Source of the DNA: Octopus sinensis
Taxonomy: Eukaryota
Direction: 5' to 3'
DNA: 64,000 nt
NCBI RefSeq assembly: GCF_006345805.1
Contig: NC_042999.1
Location: 113,274,001 to 113,338,000, forward strand
Shown here in pieces: positions 23,706-38,514 of this stretch. The notes beneath the pieces were generated by a model that made no database searches, had not been told where the DNA came from, and saw only the letters and a program-made list of their open reading frames with translations. Every line of letters starts with the position of its first letter. Position 1 is the stretch's first letter. The translations under genes were made by a program, and so were the position numbers.

Positions 23706-24789
23706 TCCTTGGGGTAATTTTCGTCAGCTATAATGCACCAATTGTGATTAAAAATTGTACCTGAGTAGTAGCAAACTTATGTGTGACTTGTGTTTATTTT
23801 AAGAAAACATATGACAAGGTTTCACAATTTTTGTTATCGAATTCTAATATCGCCAATAATTTGGTTCAACTGATGTCAGTAAGTGTACGAAGGAAAAACA
23901 GCAACAATAGTTAAATATTTCGGATTTATAGTGAATGAAAGAAAAATGATACGAGAAAGCTTCTTTTACCCTCATTTATATTATTCAGTTTATTATTGCC
24001 TTTACTCCGTTACATAATAATGGATTCGGGTGTAAACTTAGAAAGGATGCCCCTTAACACAACTATCTCTGGTTCAAATAAATACTAATATAAACAAGCA
24101 ACAAAGTATTGTATTCAGAACTATTGTGTTCGATTTGGAACTTCTGATAAGAAGAAAGTACTTTATCTGAAAAAGAAATGAAGGAACTAACCAAATATAG
24201 AAACCTGTAAAGGGAAATAACAGGTGCATGAGATATGGAGAAAGAAATAGTTTGCAGACAATTATATAAAGAAAACATCGGGACTGACTCACATATACAA
24301 CATACAGAGAACTCATACATATAGAAAATAAGATTTCCAGGCACTGCGAATACATTAGTTACTTTCTGAAGACATCTGACCTGATGGAAAGAAATATTTT
24401 CTTTTGACAGTAGCTAACAAATAAACTATACATTGAAACACGAATAACTAAAATTACTAATCATAAAAATAATGGCTTCTTATACAGATATAAAATCTTA
24501 TATTTGGCAGGTTGATTTATTTTAGTCAAAATCGACCGCAGTGAGCTACGAGTATTTACTTTAACGACTTCAAAACGACGAAAAGCAAAACTGACTTTGG
24601 TGGAATTTGAACTAAGAATTTTATGGTGTAACTAGACACAGTAAGGAGTTTTAGACGCGCTCTGCTTATTATCCTGCCCGATAACCTAACAGAATTGAGG
24701 TTGAAGTTACTGTTCCATTTTCTAAATCATATTTGTGCAATCCACATTAAATAAAAACTAATTTTGATATATTACAGTCTCCATCTATG

Positions 24790-25136
24790 GGAACTATCAG
24801 GAATATGTACATGTGTGAATGCTTGCATGTACGTATGAATATGCCCTATCTATGTATATGTGTGTATGCATGTATGTACGTATGTGTGCACGTGTCAGTG
24901 TGCACGTATGAGGGTGTATGTGTGTATGTAAGCATGTGTGTATGTATGTGTGTATATGTTTGTATATATATATATATATATATGCATGTGTATGTAGTGT
25001 ATGTGTGTCTCTCTATTTGTATATACATATAAATGTGTGTGTGTGCGTGTGTGAGTGTGTCTCGCGCTCTCTCTCCCTCTCTATCAGTATACGTATGTAT
25101 GTAGTATGTATGTATGTATGTATGTATGTATGTATG

Positions 25137-25195
<59 letters not shown>

Positions 25196-25348
25196 GAATT
25201 TATATATATATATGTATATATAAATATATATATAAATTTATATATATATGTATATATAAATATATATATATATGTATATACATATGAATTTATATATATA
25301 TATATATGTATATATAATATATATATAAATTTATATATATATATAATG

Positions 25349-25380
<32 letters not shown>

Positions 25381-25437
25381 CATACATATATATATATATA
25401 TATAATATATACATACATATATATACATACATACATA

Positions 25438-25469
<32 letters not shown>

Positions 25470-25576
25470 CATATATATACATACATAATATACATACATA
25501 CATATTATACATACATATATATTACATACATACATATATATACATACATACATAATATACATACATATATATATTA

Positions 25577-25608
<32 letters not shown>

Positions 25609-25655
25609 CATACATACATATACATACATATATATACATACATACATATATATAC

Positions 25656-25689
<34 letters not shown>

Positions 25690-25727
25690 ATACACACATA
25701 CACACAATATTATATATATATATATAT
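24790..25727. repeat. long compound microsatellite (TG/TATG/TCTA/TA/TACA)
   Basis: Directly visible. Confidence 0.93.
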
Positions 25728-26101
25728 TCTTTTATTCGTTGCAGTCATTTGACTGCGGCCATGCTGGAGCGCCGCCTTTAGTGGATCAAATCGACGCCAG
25801 GACACGTTCTTTGTAAGCCTAGTAGTTATTCTATCGGTCTCTTTTGCCGAACCGCTAATGTTACAGGGACGTAAACACACCAGCATCGACTGTCAAGCGA
25901 TGGTGGATGGGGACAAACACCGACACACAAACATGTACATACGGCGGGCTTCTTTCAGTTTCCGTCTACCAATCCATCACAAGGCTTTGGTCTGCCTGAG
26001 GCTATAGTAGAAGACACTTGCCCAAGGTGCTACGCAGTAGGATTGAACCCTGAACTATGTGGTTGGTGAGCAAGCTACTTACCACATAACCACTCCTGCG
26101 C
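25728..26101 (-). mobile_element. SINE family B, full length
   Basis: CAGTCATTTGACTGCGGCCATGCTGGAGC...CTATAGTAGAAGACACTTGCCCAAGGTGC...AGCAAGCTACTTACCACATAACCACTCCTGCGC. Confidence 0.92.
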
Positions 26102-26229
26102 TTATATATTATATATATATATATATATACATTTATTTACATGTATATGCGCATACAGAGACATAAAGCCACAATGTATACACGCGCGCGCACACACACA
26201 CACAAATATATATATTCATATAGATACTA

Positions 26230-26510
<281 letters not shown>

Positions 26511-28975
26511 GTAATTAAAAATAAACAGACAACAGAATGAATTGAATTATCACAAAGACAGCTCATTTTCTCAGAAGAGAAAGAAAATTGTAGTAAATCC
26601 ATAACGATATACAGAGGTGATGCTGATTAGATGATATAGGAGGTGGAAAGGGGATAAAGAAAAAGAAGAAGCAGCGCGAAACCATGCAGGGGAAGGAAGA
26701 GGGCGATAATAGAAAGAAAAAATCAGAGGTGAAGGAAAACATAATAATATGGATAGAAAATAACAAATGTGTTTACATATTGAATAATGTGTTATTAAAT
26801 TCAACACAATACTACTTCTCAGGAAATGATGTTGAGCAAGTTAATTAAACACACCTTTATTGTAGCTGGATAATTCCACGGGTTTTATGATGTGGGGGAG
26901 GAAAATCTGCAGGTGGTGGGAAGTGGACCATTACGGGAGAACAGAAATTTTTTTTACAATAATATACATAAAAATGTTGGTATTCTTTATCTCTGATTAG
27001 AAAAGACAGAACTTGGAAACGGAAATTGCTACGAGGGAAATAATTTTAAGAGTTGTATAAAAACATGCTGAACGCTGAAATATAGAAGTAGTCTGTTTGT
27101 ATCATATTATCCTCTCCATCACCCGCATCAACAGAGATTTTAAACTAACCTGTATGATCAATAGGCTATCTATACTGTTTGTCTCTTCTTCTCTGTTCCT
27201 CTCTTTGTCCTTCTCTCCTTAGAATTAATGTTTTACTGTAGTCGCTAGTTTCAAAGATAAAAAACTTGCCAAGAGAATGTAATAAATAACAATTTATTTT
27301 AGATTAACTGGAAAAATTATTTTAAATTTCAATCGAGGAATTTGTTTGCTAAAGTTAGCTCTGGGTCTAGATTGATTAGCAACTAATTCGCTAAAAGATC
27401 AGCCCGTTTCCTCACAATTAATTTGCAAATAAAATTATGTTTGTCACTAATTCGGAAAATTTAAAGCCATCAAGCTATTTCATAATCTTAAAACTATTCC
27501 ATCATATTAAATTGTTTTCAAGCTAAAAATATAACTGCTTCTATAGTCATTCACATATAATCCAACAAAACACATTTTTAACAAAGAAAAGTATCGGTAA
27601 AATTAAGTTTATTCAAACCTACTTTTTAATTATCTGAGGAAATTGTATAATTTTTAAACGGTTTTTATTAACATCACGTTCTACACATGCTAGAAATAAA
27701 ACTCAGATAATACAACAAAAATCATTTCTATTACAGTCAATATAAGTTGTTATAAATTATATAATACGTCGAAAATAACCGTCGAATAATTGTTACAGAT
27801 CGCATTTCTTTATTTTCCTCGTCACGCTTTTGCAATTGGAATTTATATCCCTAAAACCTTGAGATATGATAAGCTAAGTTACAACTAATTTAGCAAAAAT
27901 GGTTGCCATAATCTCTGTGCCAGAGTGAGGCAATGTGAGTTTCATAGATGTTTATTAGTTTTCTGACACAATTCTTGTTGTGTAGAGTCCTGTTAGAAAT
28001 AGGTAGAATGAATTTAAATTTCTCTTGTAACCGTTTTTAGATTTTGGATCATCATAAAAACGTATTTGTGTCGTTCTTGTTTAAACTAGCGCCAGGCCTG
28101 ATTTAGTATATCTATAAATAAAGGTGTTGCAATCGTGACCATCGCGGCTTTTTCCTATATAAGTGGATTGCTAATCCGATCATCCGACCATCAGGAAAGA
28201 GATAGGCTCATATGCCCTTCCTTTTTTTTAAGATGGTAGAGTCGGATTTAAAGGAAATATTATATTCATTTCAAGCGAGTCGAGTGACTGCATTGAAATT
28301 CCATCATGTCATCATCAGACAGATTCTATCTTCGCGTAATATGTCGAGAGAAGCCTGTTTGGGGAAACCCTTCTCTCTCCGGGTTATTTGACTATGGCCA
28401 GAAATCTCCGGAATCGTGAAGTGAAATGGCTCAACAGAGAATCGAGCCATTATTTTTTCTTCTTGCAGAGATTTGGATTACAATTCCATATTACTCATTT
28501 GGGTGATTGAAACACCTGTTTAGACATTTATATAAAGAGTGGCAAGTTGTATGAAAGATTAAAGACCGCCTCAATTACTAAAATATCATTAATATAAGTG
28601 GATTGCTTTCATAATGGTTCAGTGGACTTGATCTGGATATTAATGAACGATTCGAACTAAACACCACTCGATCTTTTATCTTTAGGAAACCATTGAAAAT
28701 AACTGTCAGTGGAACTGGTTGGTATAAATAGGGAAAATCGAAAACAAATCGGGAATATTTAGTTTCATATCCCCACCTCAATAGTTTGTTCGGTAACAAC
28801 AACAAAGGTAATTACAGCACATGCTTAGTAATGAGGCAAACCACCTACTTTAGTTGATTATTCTAAGCATTATTATATAATTACTGTTGGTGAAACTACA
28901 CCTTAGTCTGCGCATCCTTATTTTGCACCGTCATTATTAGGAACCTTCTCTCTTCCTTTCTGTTTCTCTCTTTCT

Positions 28976-29091
<116 letters not shown>

Positions 29092-29679
29092 GCGTACATC
29101 CGTCAATATAACCGTCTGTCTGTCTTTCTCTCTCTTTCTCCATCTCTCTCGCTCTTTCTTTCTTTATCTGTCTGTCGGTCGGTCGGTCTCTATCTCTATC
29201 CCTTTCTCTCTTTATCTATCTATGATCAGATAACATGTATCACGATTTTTCTACTTTTTGGTGCGTATTTAGCCATGCTATCAACCTTCCAACCATTGCT
29301 CTCATTTGTTAATACTCTTCATAACACAATTTTGATTCACTGTCCGAGTATTAATCATTCAACCACGGGAGTGGTTGAATATATTCTTAAGTACACCATT
29401 TCGTCAATCGCAGCAGCTTCGAAGCTTCACCACTAATTCAGTTTTCAACTTTTAACAATATTGTTCATATTGTTAATGTGGTTATTAGTTTCGTTTGGAG
29501 TGTGGTTAGTGTTGTGATAATTGTCTAGGGCATTTATGTTAGTCCGGTTATTTGTATAATGTTCTAAGTCAAGGTATTTAGAAAGAAATATAATAATCAT
29601 AACAGCAACTTTACACTACTCACGAATACTGAGGATAGCTTCTACACCAAAAATAATAATATTAAAAATAAACGAAATA

Positions 29680-30420
29680 GCGATAAGATCTGGTTAATAA
29701 TCCCCTTCATGATGCAACTTAAATCTAACATAGTTCACTCCATAATGAGACTGATAGATAAGCACTTGAACTTAAATAACAAATACTCAGGAATCCTTGA
29801 GAATAAAATTAGAGTAGGCCATAGCCTAACTAGTAACCTAGATACCATCATAGCCTCGATCAACAATAATAAGCTAGACGCCTTCTACGAAACTAGGAAA
29901 AATACCATCATAAAACATAACAGCCAACAGGCAAATGGAATAAACCTCGTCTCTAATAACTTACCATTAACATAACATAAGCATAGATATACCGAATAAT
30001 TTATGTGGCTTCAGAGACAGAAATAAGTGTTAATTCTCCATGTGTAAAACATACCAATGCGACGTACTCGCAAATAACCATAAGAAATCTTATATAGTTA
30101 CCACGAAAAATGAAATGATACTTAGATACAATTCTCACCAATCTAGCTTTAGAAATAGAAGTAAAGAAAACTCTACAGGACTTAATTGGGGAATTAAAAG
30201 ACAAAAAATCAACTATAGTTTAGAATGGTGCATCCTTGCAAAAACTTCGTCTTATACCATTAACTATAAGCGCTGTGAGCTTTGTGTAACAGAAAACACT
30301 ACTAATATTAATGGCCAAACAACATCTACTCAGCAAGAGATATGAAAATAATATTTTCCTCTGCATAAAGGCCGATTTGTATTCTCTAAGTTTCGTTAAA
30401 TCCACTCATTCCTATAAATA
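29680..30420 (+). pseudogene. decayed PLE linker plus GIY-YIG endonuclease (CxCx5C-linker type)
   Basis: WLIIPF..QLKSNI..SI.RLIDKH...HSLTSNL..II.SINNNKL; CGFRDRNKC at about 30005; HQSSFRNRSKENST.L..I..QKINYSLEWCILAK..SY.....CELCVTE. Homologous to 56240-57030. Confidence 0.8.
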
Positions 30421-30544
30421 CCACTATTTCCTAGCTTAAATGTTACTAGCAAATCTACTTATCAGCCTATTATCTCCCCCCTAACCTTCCCTACCCTTAC
30501 TAGCCTACCAACCCACATTATATCCAACCCACATTATAAATACA

Positions 30545-30674
30545 TTATTTACATTATTTACATTTGACGGATATTTGTCCTCATTTTGTTTGTTGTAAAC
30601 ACATTTCAGTTGATATACCCTCCAGCCTTCATTAGGTGCCTTGGTATTTTTCCTAAGGTATTTTTCGATGTTGC

Positions 30675-30690
<16 letters not shown>
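30545..30690 (-). mobile_element. Penelope pseudo-LTR distal part with degenerate hammerhead (30597-30640)
   Basis: Minus strand AACATCGAAAAATACCTTAGG...GGCAC CTAATGA AGGCTGGAGGGTATATCAACT GAAAT GTGTTT...GGACAAATATCCGTCAAATG; same module as 17860-17990. Confidence 0.78.
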
Positions 30691-30740
<50 letters not shown>

Positions 30741-30744
<4 letters not shown>

Positions 30745-31320
30745 TAGTTTTATTTTTATAGCGTGCTTTCACTTCACTACCGAGCGCAGCTCTGTGTGCC
30801 TTGGGTATGTGCTATGATCTGTTGTGATGCTCTGATGGTTATTGTATGGAAAGTGTTCTGCGTAGGATGTGTGCAGTGCCTAGTAGTGCAATTTTCTGTA
30901 TGTTATATGTGTTTGTAAGTCCTGGTGTTTTTGTTATGTATTTGTCTGAATATTTTTTTATCATGCCTAATGCACCTACTATGATAGGAATTGTTTCTGT
31001 TTTCAGATTCCACATTCTAGCTACCTCTATTTCCAGGTCTTTGTATTTTGAGAGTTTCTCCATTTCTTTTAGAGACACGTTGTCATCAGCCGGTATTGAT
31101 ACATCAATTAGAAAGCATTTTTTTTCTCCATGATCTCTGACAACTATATCTGGTCTGTTGGCCTTAATTTCTCTATCTGTGTGTATCGGCATATCCCAGA
31201 GTATGGTTGCTTTCTCGTTTTCTGTGACCTTTTCTGGTGTGTGCCTATACCATCTTTTTTCTGTTATTATTCCATAATGTTGGCATAGCTTCCAATGTAT
31301 GTAGGTTCCATACATGTAGG
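30741..31320 (-). mobile_element. R4/Dong subfamily 1, 5'-truncated, tandem copy 1
   Basis: ORF 30839-31315 is nearly identical to the C-terminus of 12482-13285, with the same 3'UTR; (TTA)n on both sides. Confidence 0.95.
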
Positions 31321-31335
31321 TTATTATTATTATTA

Positions 31336-31404
<69 letters not shown>

Positions 31405-31422
31405 TATTATTATTATTATTAT

Positions 31423-32001
31423 TCAGTAGTTTTATTTTTATAGCGTGCTTTCACTTCACTACCGAGCGCAGCTCTGTGTGCCTTGGGTATGTGCTATGAT
31501 CTGTTGTGATGCTCTGATGGTTATTGTATGGAAAGTGTTCTGCGTAGGATGTGTGCAGTGCCTAGTAGTGCAATTTTCTGTATGTTATATGTGTTTGTAA
31601 GTCCTGGTGTTTTTGTTATGTATTTGTCTGAATATTTTTTTATCATGCCTAATGCACCTACTATGATAGGAATTGTTTCTGTTTTCAGATTCCACATTCT
31701 AGCTACCTCTATTTCCAGGTCTTTGTATTTTGAGAGTTTCTCCATTTCTTTTAGAGACACGTTGTCATCAGCCGGTATTGATACATCAATTAGAAAGCAT
31801 TTTTTTTCTCCATGATCTCTGACAACTATATCTGGTCTGTTGGCCTTAATTTCTCTATCTGTGTGTATCGGCATATCCCAGAGTATGGTTGCTTTCTCGT
31901 TTTCTGTGACCTTTTCTGGTGTGTGCCTATACCATCTTTTTCTGTTATTATTCCATAATGTTGGCATAGCTTCCAATGTATGTAGGTTCCATACATGTAG
32001 G
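31423..32001 (-). mobile_element. R4/Dong subfamily 1, 5'-truncated, tandem copy 2
   Basis: Same sequence and same 5' junction as copy 1, offset 682 bp; the only difference I saw is one T in a poly-T run near 31940. Confidence 0.95.
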
Positions 32002-32016
32002 TTATTATTATTATTA

Positions 32017-32200
<184 letters not shown>

Positions 32201-32227
32201 GGGCAATTATGGAGTGAATTTTAGGGC

Positions 32228-33210
32228 TTATAAATCTAAGATTTTCCTATCCTTCCTCAACACCGGCTCCCATACGCTATTCATATCTGCGCTCGGTCTG
32301 CTTAGGAGGTTGTTGTGTCCAAGCATATGTGCTGCTCTTTTTAGCTTTCGTATTTTCCAGTGGAGTTCTCTGTCTATTACTTTAACTTCATCCCACAGGG
32401 AGAGGTGGTCTCCATTTTTCCATACACGATCAGCTATACCCCATTTATCAATATCTCCTCATGTCAAAGCTTTGCGATATTCCTCTACCCTTATTTGATG
32501 GAGGGTATGTTTTGCCTTTGTATAACTTACCACAGCTGCATGGGATGGAGTACAGGCAGTTTTTGGTCATATTCTCTTCTGTTGGTGGTTTTACCCTAAG
32601 GAGATATTTGTGAAGTGTTGTATTACTCTTGAATACTGTCCTGATGTCATATGGGCCACATATCTTTTGTATCTCTTCGGAGAGCCTTTCACATAGAGTA
32701 GATAGACTATAGACAGTTTATTGGTTTCGTTCTCTCTTTTCTTCATAATTGGAGTAGATAGTATGTTTTTTTGGGGTAGTTGTTACTTAATAGATTGTTA
32801 CTGAGTTTGATCATTTCTTCGTGGTGGGTATCACGATCGCTACTAATATTCTTTGCTCGGTGTTTTAGGCACTGAACAATTCCTCTCTTTTCACTGTATG
32901 GATGTTGGGAATTGAAGTTAAGGTATCGTCCAGTGAAGGTCGGCTTGCGGTATACGAATGTCCTGAATTCATACTTAGTGCGTGGTATTAATACATCCAG
33001 AAATGTTAGCTGATTGTCTTTTTCCTTTTCCATTGTGAACTGCATGATCTAACAGCACTTGGACATCTTCCTAGTGTTGCCAGAGTATAAAGGTGTCATC
33101 AACATATCGCAGTCAAATTCTCAAAGTATTCCATGTATATATTGACTATTATCGGTGATAATGGCGAACCCATAGCTAAACCCTCTTTTTGTCGATATAT
33201 GTCAGTGTCC
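32228..33210 (-). pseudogene. Penelope/Poseidon-type PLE: RT (B', C, thumb) plus GIY-YIG endonuclease, decayed
   Basis: YRQKEGLAMGSPLSPIIVNIYMEYFE, RYVDDTFILW, FTMEKEKDNQLTFLDVLI..VYRKPTFTGRYLNFNSQHP, YSIPCSCGKLYKGKT, WDEVKVIDRE.HWKIRKL; stop TAA at 32228-32230. Confidence 0.92.
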
Positions 33211-33404
33211 ATACTGAAAGAGGGTTTAGCTACGGATTCGTCATTATCTCCATACTTACTGGAGGTAATTACCTGGAGTGCATCTGGATACTTGTATCTC
33301 TTAGAGGACTTAGCACCTCTAACTTATACCTTATATATATATATATATAAAACATTATTGGTGAATTGAAGAAATGGAGCTGCAGATTGAACAGAAATCG
33401 TTTT

Positions 33405-33496
33405 ATTTCATTCTACACGTGTTTCGAAAGGCACCAATTACCAAAATCCGATTGAATAATGGGACCATATTGTGTCTTTCTCTTCAGGAAGAAAAT
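33405..33496 (-). ncRNA. type I hammerhead ribozyme with apparently intact core
   Basis: Minus strand: ATTTTCTTC-CTGAAGA-GAAAGACAC..(37 nt)..GTGCCTTTC-GAAAC-ACGT-GTA-GAATGAAAT. Stems I and II pair; stem III is palindromic (ACACGTGT); GUA cleavage triplet. Confidence 0.78.
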
Positions 33497-33859
33497 AGGA
33501 AATCCGTTGGAAAAACAAAAACAGAACAGAGGCGGAGCAAAAACAAATCGAACTATGCTCCTAAGAGCCCATGGCGAAACTGTTTATCAGTGTATGTTGA
33601 GAACCGGTGGCTGAAGAATTTAACGGGTCAGGCATCGGTCAATCATGTGGGTGAGGGTGTGTAGGTGTTCTTTGTGACCGAGAATAAAGTTCTGACTATT
33701 TAAGGAATATTGGATGTTTTATAAGGGGCGAGAAAAAATCTACTTAGATATGGTTGTACCTCCAACCGTGCTGTTTACTGCTGTGATTTTTGCTACTAAG
33801 GTATCGGTTAAACTTTTGATTAATCTACTACAAGATTATTCATCTGTCTATTTCACATA

Positions 33860-33896
<37 letters not shown>

Positions 33897-33942
33897 ATAT
33901 ATATATAATATATATATATATATACATACATACATACATATA

Positions 33943-34340
33943 TCTTTTATCTTTTACTTGTTTCAGTTATTAGACTGCAGATATGCTAGAGCATCGCCTT
34001 AAATCAACCCCAATGTTTTTTTAAAGTATGGTACTTAATCTATCGAAATCTTTTGCCGAATCGCTAAGTTATAGGTACGTAAACACACCAACACTAGTGT
34101 CAAGTGATGGTGAGGCACACACACATACACAAACACAGACACACACACACACACATACACATACACATGCACACATATGACGGCTTATTTCAGTTTCCGT
34201 CTACTAAATCAACTCAGAAGGCTTTGATCGGCCTGAGGTTACAGCAGAAAACACTACCATACGTACCACACAGTCGGACAGACACTGGAACTATGTGGTT
34301 GAAAAGTAAACTTCTTACCACACAGCCACACTCTCGCCAT
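33943..34340 (-). mobile_element. SINE family B
   Basis: TTTTACTTGTTTCAG..ATTAGACTGC...TTTCAGTTTCCGTCTAC...CTTCTTACCACACAGCCAC. Confidence 0.85.
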
Positions 34341-34843
34341 ACACACACATACACACACATACATAGATTGATTGATTGATAGAGATATAGCGAGTAGCGC
34401 GTAGCAACATGCTACAATACATTTCACTAAAAAATGCACCAATACAAAGATAATATCTAAGGAATTCTTGCTAATAAAGAGATATAAGCAAAAATAGATA
34501 CACAAATACAACATAAACAAAATTAAATACGAAAACAACCGGAGTTAACTACAGAATAATTTTTAAATCAGACGTTAAATAAAATGAAACAAAAAGAGAT
34601 CTCAGCACTCCTATGATCCCTTGCGACAAAATGAAAAGTACGCAGGAACACGCCATTCTACAATTATTTCATGTCGGAAATAAAGCCAAGATGGCTTTGA
34701 AACGTTAATGGACAAATGGATGTAGGAATGTTTTTGTTCCAAGCTGAATATAAGGGACTAGATAAGAAAATAGAAAATACATTATTATTAAAGATCAAAT
34801 TCGAACATAGTCATGCTTTTAATATAACGTATGGAAAAAGTTC

Positions 34844-35216
<373 letters not shown>

Positions 35217-35721
35217 TTCATACATCTGCCAATCTAACCGTCTGTCTATCTCTCTTTCTCTCTCCCTCCATCACTCTCGTTCTTTCTTTCTTTATCTGTT
35301 CGTCCATCCGTCTGTCTGTCTGTCTGTCGGTCGGCCTCTAACTCTCTCCCTTTCTCTCTTTATCTATCTGTGATCAGGTAACATGTATCACAATTTTTCT
35401 GCTTTTTGGTGCGTATTTAACCATGCTATCAACCTTCCGTCATAGCCATGCTCTCAACCTTCCAACCATTGATTCACCGGAAGTTTGAGGATATGTCAGC
35501 TGGAAGGATAGAGAACTGTATCAGTTCTAGGCTAGGTATCATTTTCAGCTTAGTAGACAGGAGCCACGCAAACTGTAGAGCCTTGTTCAACACATTGCAC
35601 CATCCGATTCAGGAATCGAGCCCGCGACCTAATGATCAAAAGATGAATAAGCTAACCCATAGGGCATACGCAGCGTCATGGAACCACGTGACATGGAACC
35701 ACGTGACATGGAACCACGTGT

Positions 35722-36060
35722 GACACCTTGGCAAAGTGTCATCTACTATAGGCTCCGGCCGATGAATGCTTTGTGAGTGAATATACTAGACGGAAACTGT
35801 GTAACCCATCGTGCATGTATATGTGTGTGTGTGTGCGTGGATTTTTGTCTGTCACTACTTGACAGACACTGCTTATCGCGTAAGGCTTGACAACCGGTAT
35901 TGGTTTGTTTATGTCACAGTAACTTAGTGAATCGGTAAAAGTGTACAATAGGATAAATTCCTGATTAAAAATAAATACTGGGGTCGATTTGTCGGACTAA
36001 TCCTACAAGGCAATTCTCCAGCATGGCCACAGCCAAATGACTGAAACATGTATAAGAGTT
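35722..36060 (+). mobile_element. 5'-truncated SINE family B
   Basis: GACACCTTGGCAAAGTGTC..CTACTATAG...GCTTTGTGAGTG...GGGGTCGATTTG..CCAGCATGGCCACAGCCAAATGACTGAAAC. Confidence 0.85.
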
Positions 36061-36748
36061 ATAGAGTAATTCTCTTACATACATGCCTACATTCATTCAT
36101 GCATAGACGCATATACACACATACACATACGCACACCGAAATACAAACACAGAATAAAGATTGGAATTATAATATTTTTAATTTTGTAGTTACACTTGTT
36201 TCAATACAACACGGGAATTACCTTTCATGAATATAAACATCAAAATAAACATGAATACAATTAATTCATAATCTAATTATATATACATATATTAAGTAAG
36301 CATGTGCAATTTATTAGGCTGAGAACTTATGTGGGTACTTAATAATGTCCACACGCGCGCACGCATATTATTATCATGTTATGAATTCATTATATCCATA
36401 TTGATATTCATCAATGTATATATATGTACTTTTATATGTATGCATATGCATGCATATGTAAGTGTGCACTTGTGCGTATATGTGTGAATGTACTATGTCA
36501 AGTAAACTCCGGACATCGGAATGTAGAACAACGTGTTAGTTGTCACGTACGACATTTTTTTAATTTTAAGCCAGGGATCACAGTTCCCAATTCCCCGACG
36601 CAGCTCACATTAGTTATATGCTGAAGCCCACGTTCCATTTACAGACGTCTATAGGCTAATCTATTTATCTATCAATCTGTTTTATAAGTATAAACATACA
36701 TATATAAACGTATGTGTATACGTACATATATATATTATATATAATATA

Positions 36749-36807
<59 letters not shown>

Positions 36808-38049
36808 TATATATATATATATATATACTTGTATGTATATTTATAGATATACATAAACCCACATACGGTGCACTAGAAAATGCCAAATATTATTTTCGTC
36901 TAGTTGTACTTCAGCGGATTTAGAAGCTTTTCTTTTAAGTATTTCTTGTTCAATGGAAAGAGGAGAAAGAAAATATAAGTGGAATCAGGGATTTCAGCTT
37001 ATACCAACCTTTTATAAAGTCTGGTTACACCAACTTGTTAGCAAGTCTGAAGCTAAGTACTGAGTCTAAGAATTTTCTGTGTCAATTTTATGAACTCAAT
37101 CTTAATTGTTTTTAACTCACAGAAGCCGCATTCAAAATAATGGAACTAAAGTGAATTGGTCATCTAATTAAAAGATAAGATTCCTCTATAATTCGTTTGG
37201 TTAGTTCCACATAATAAAAGTATGTTCATAAAAATAATTTATTTAAGACGTCTATCATGCAGAATAGCAGGAATTTAGACAAACTACGTTAATTCCGAAA
37301 TTTATATTATACAAAATTTTGATTAATTATGCTTTAAGATTATAAACTTCGGGAAGATTCAGTAAATTTTTCGTGATAGACTTTTGCCAATATAAATTGA
37401 CGGACCGTCAATACTGCTGCTTATCTTTCTTTCAATATATTATAGTACGAGGAGTTATAAATCAAGTTTTTCTTTATTATTTGGAAGTATTCTGGCCAAT
37501 TCAACTGCAGATATCTCTGAGTCTAAAGCTTAATTAGGTACCAAATTCACTTTGGTAAAATTACTTTCAATAGAACTTCTGTCTGGCAATATCATTCTCA
37601 AAACTTAATTTCACTTCGCTTCTATGTATCGGAAAATGCTGTAGCCTTTTTTTCAAAATGGTATTTCGAATTAAATTTTTCAGACTCTTTTAATATTAGA
37701 TATTCCATTTATTTAAAAAAATGCTTTCTATTTCTTGATTTCTGTGAAATTAATAGCAAAGATACCACAAATGTTGGCCCTATATTCTTACAGATGTAAT
37801 TCTGAAGAATTAATTCGTGAATACTTCGTGCTTGGCTTAGCTAAATAAACGCTATTTACATTGTCCAGTTTATGTAGCGTTCATCACAAGCTGTAAGTTG
37901 GTTTATAGAAAGAAACAATAATGAAAATAGTTAGTTATTTAATAAACCATATGCTATAAAAATCTCGTTTCTCAAGAATTCTTTATAATTGAATAAAATA
38001 TCCACATGGTAGTGGATGACTGTGAATGTGCTGCTTCTCATCTATCATA

Positions 38050-38420
38050 CGCAGCAGGGCCTGGGTCAAATGACAATACAGACCAAAATGATTTGGGTTT
38101 ATGTACCAGAAGGAATCATCTTTCCAATTGCCTTTTGTGTATGCCAACAGGAAGAGTTAAACTCAACTTTACAAACTAACAAAATACATATAAAATTTTA
38201 CTGTATAGGTACATATATTTTTTTTATTCAGAGCAGATAAAATGTATAAGGCTATTTAGAGATATATAATGTCTGTGACAGATATCCATAACCATGTTAA
38301 ATACTTTGTCCTGGATGTCCAAACAAAAATCCTCTTGATTATTTATGCTTCCACTCTGAATATGTAAGTCTTTTTCAGATGCCCCATATTGTCAACGTTG
38401 CAAAAATTACATGATGGAGG
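38050..38420 (+). pseudogene. possible MULE transposase relic
   Basis: EGIIFPIAFCVC resembles the MULE IFPIAFA motif; downstream FSDAP-YCQR resembles FP.A.HRYC.RH. Heavily disrupted. Confidence 0.35.
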
Positions 38421-38514
38421 ACTTAGAATTCTTTGAGTAGTAAAGGTGTTATTCAACCTTAATATTCTGTTGGTTCCCCTCAAGGTCTAAATATGTTTTG
38501 TTATATAAAAGCGG

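Noticed and set aside
38016-38200. Protein-like minus-strand frame (LAYTKGNWKDDSFWYINPNHFGLY...) as a candidate host exon
   Set aside because: No good splice acceptor or recognisable family; the plus strand is better, though weakly, explained as a MULE relic.
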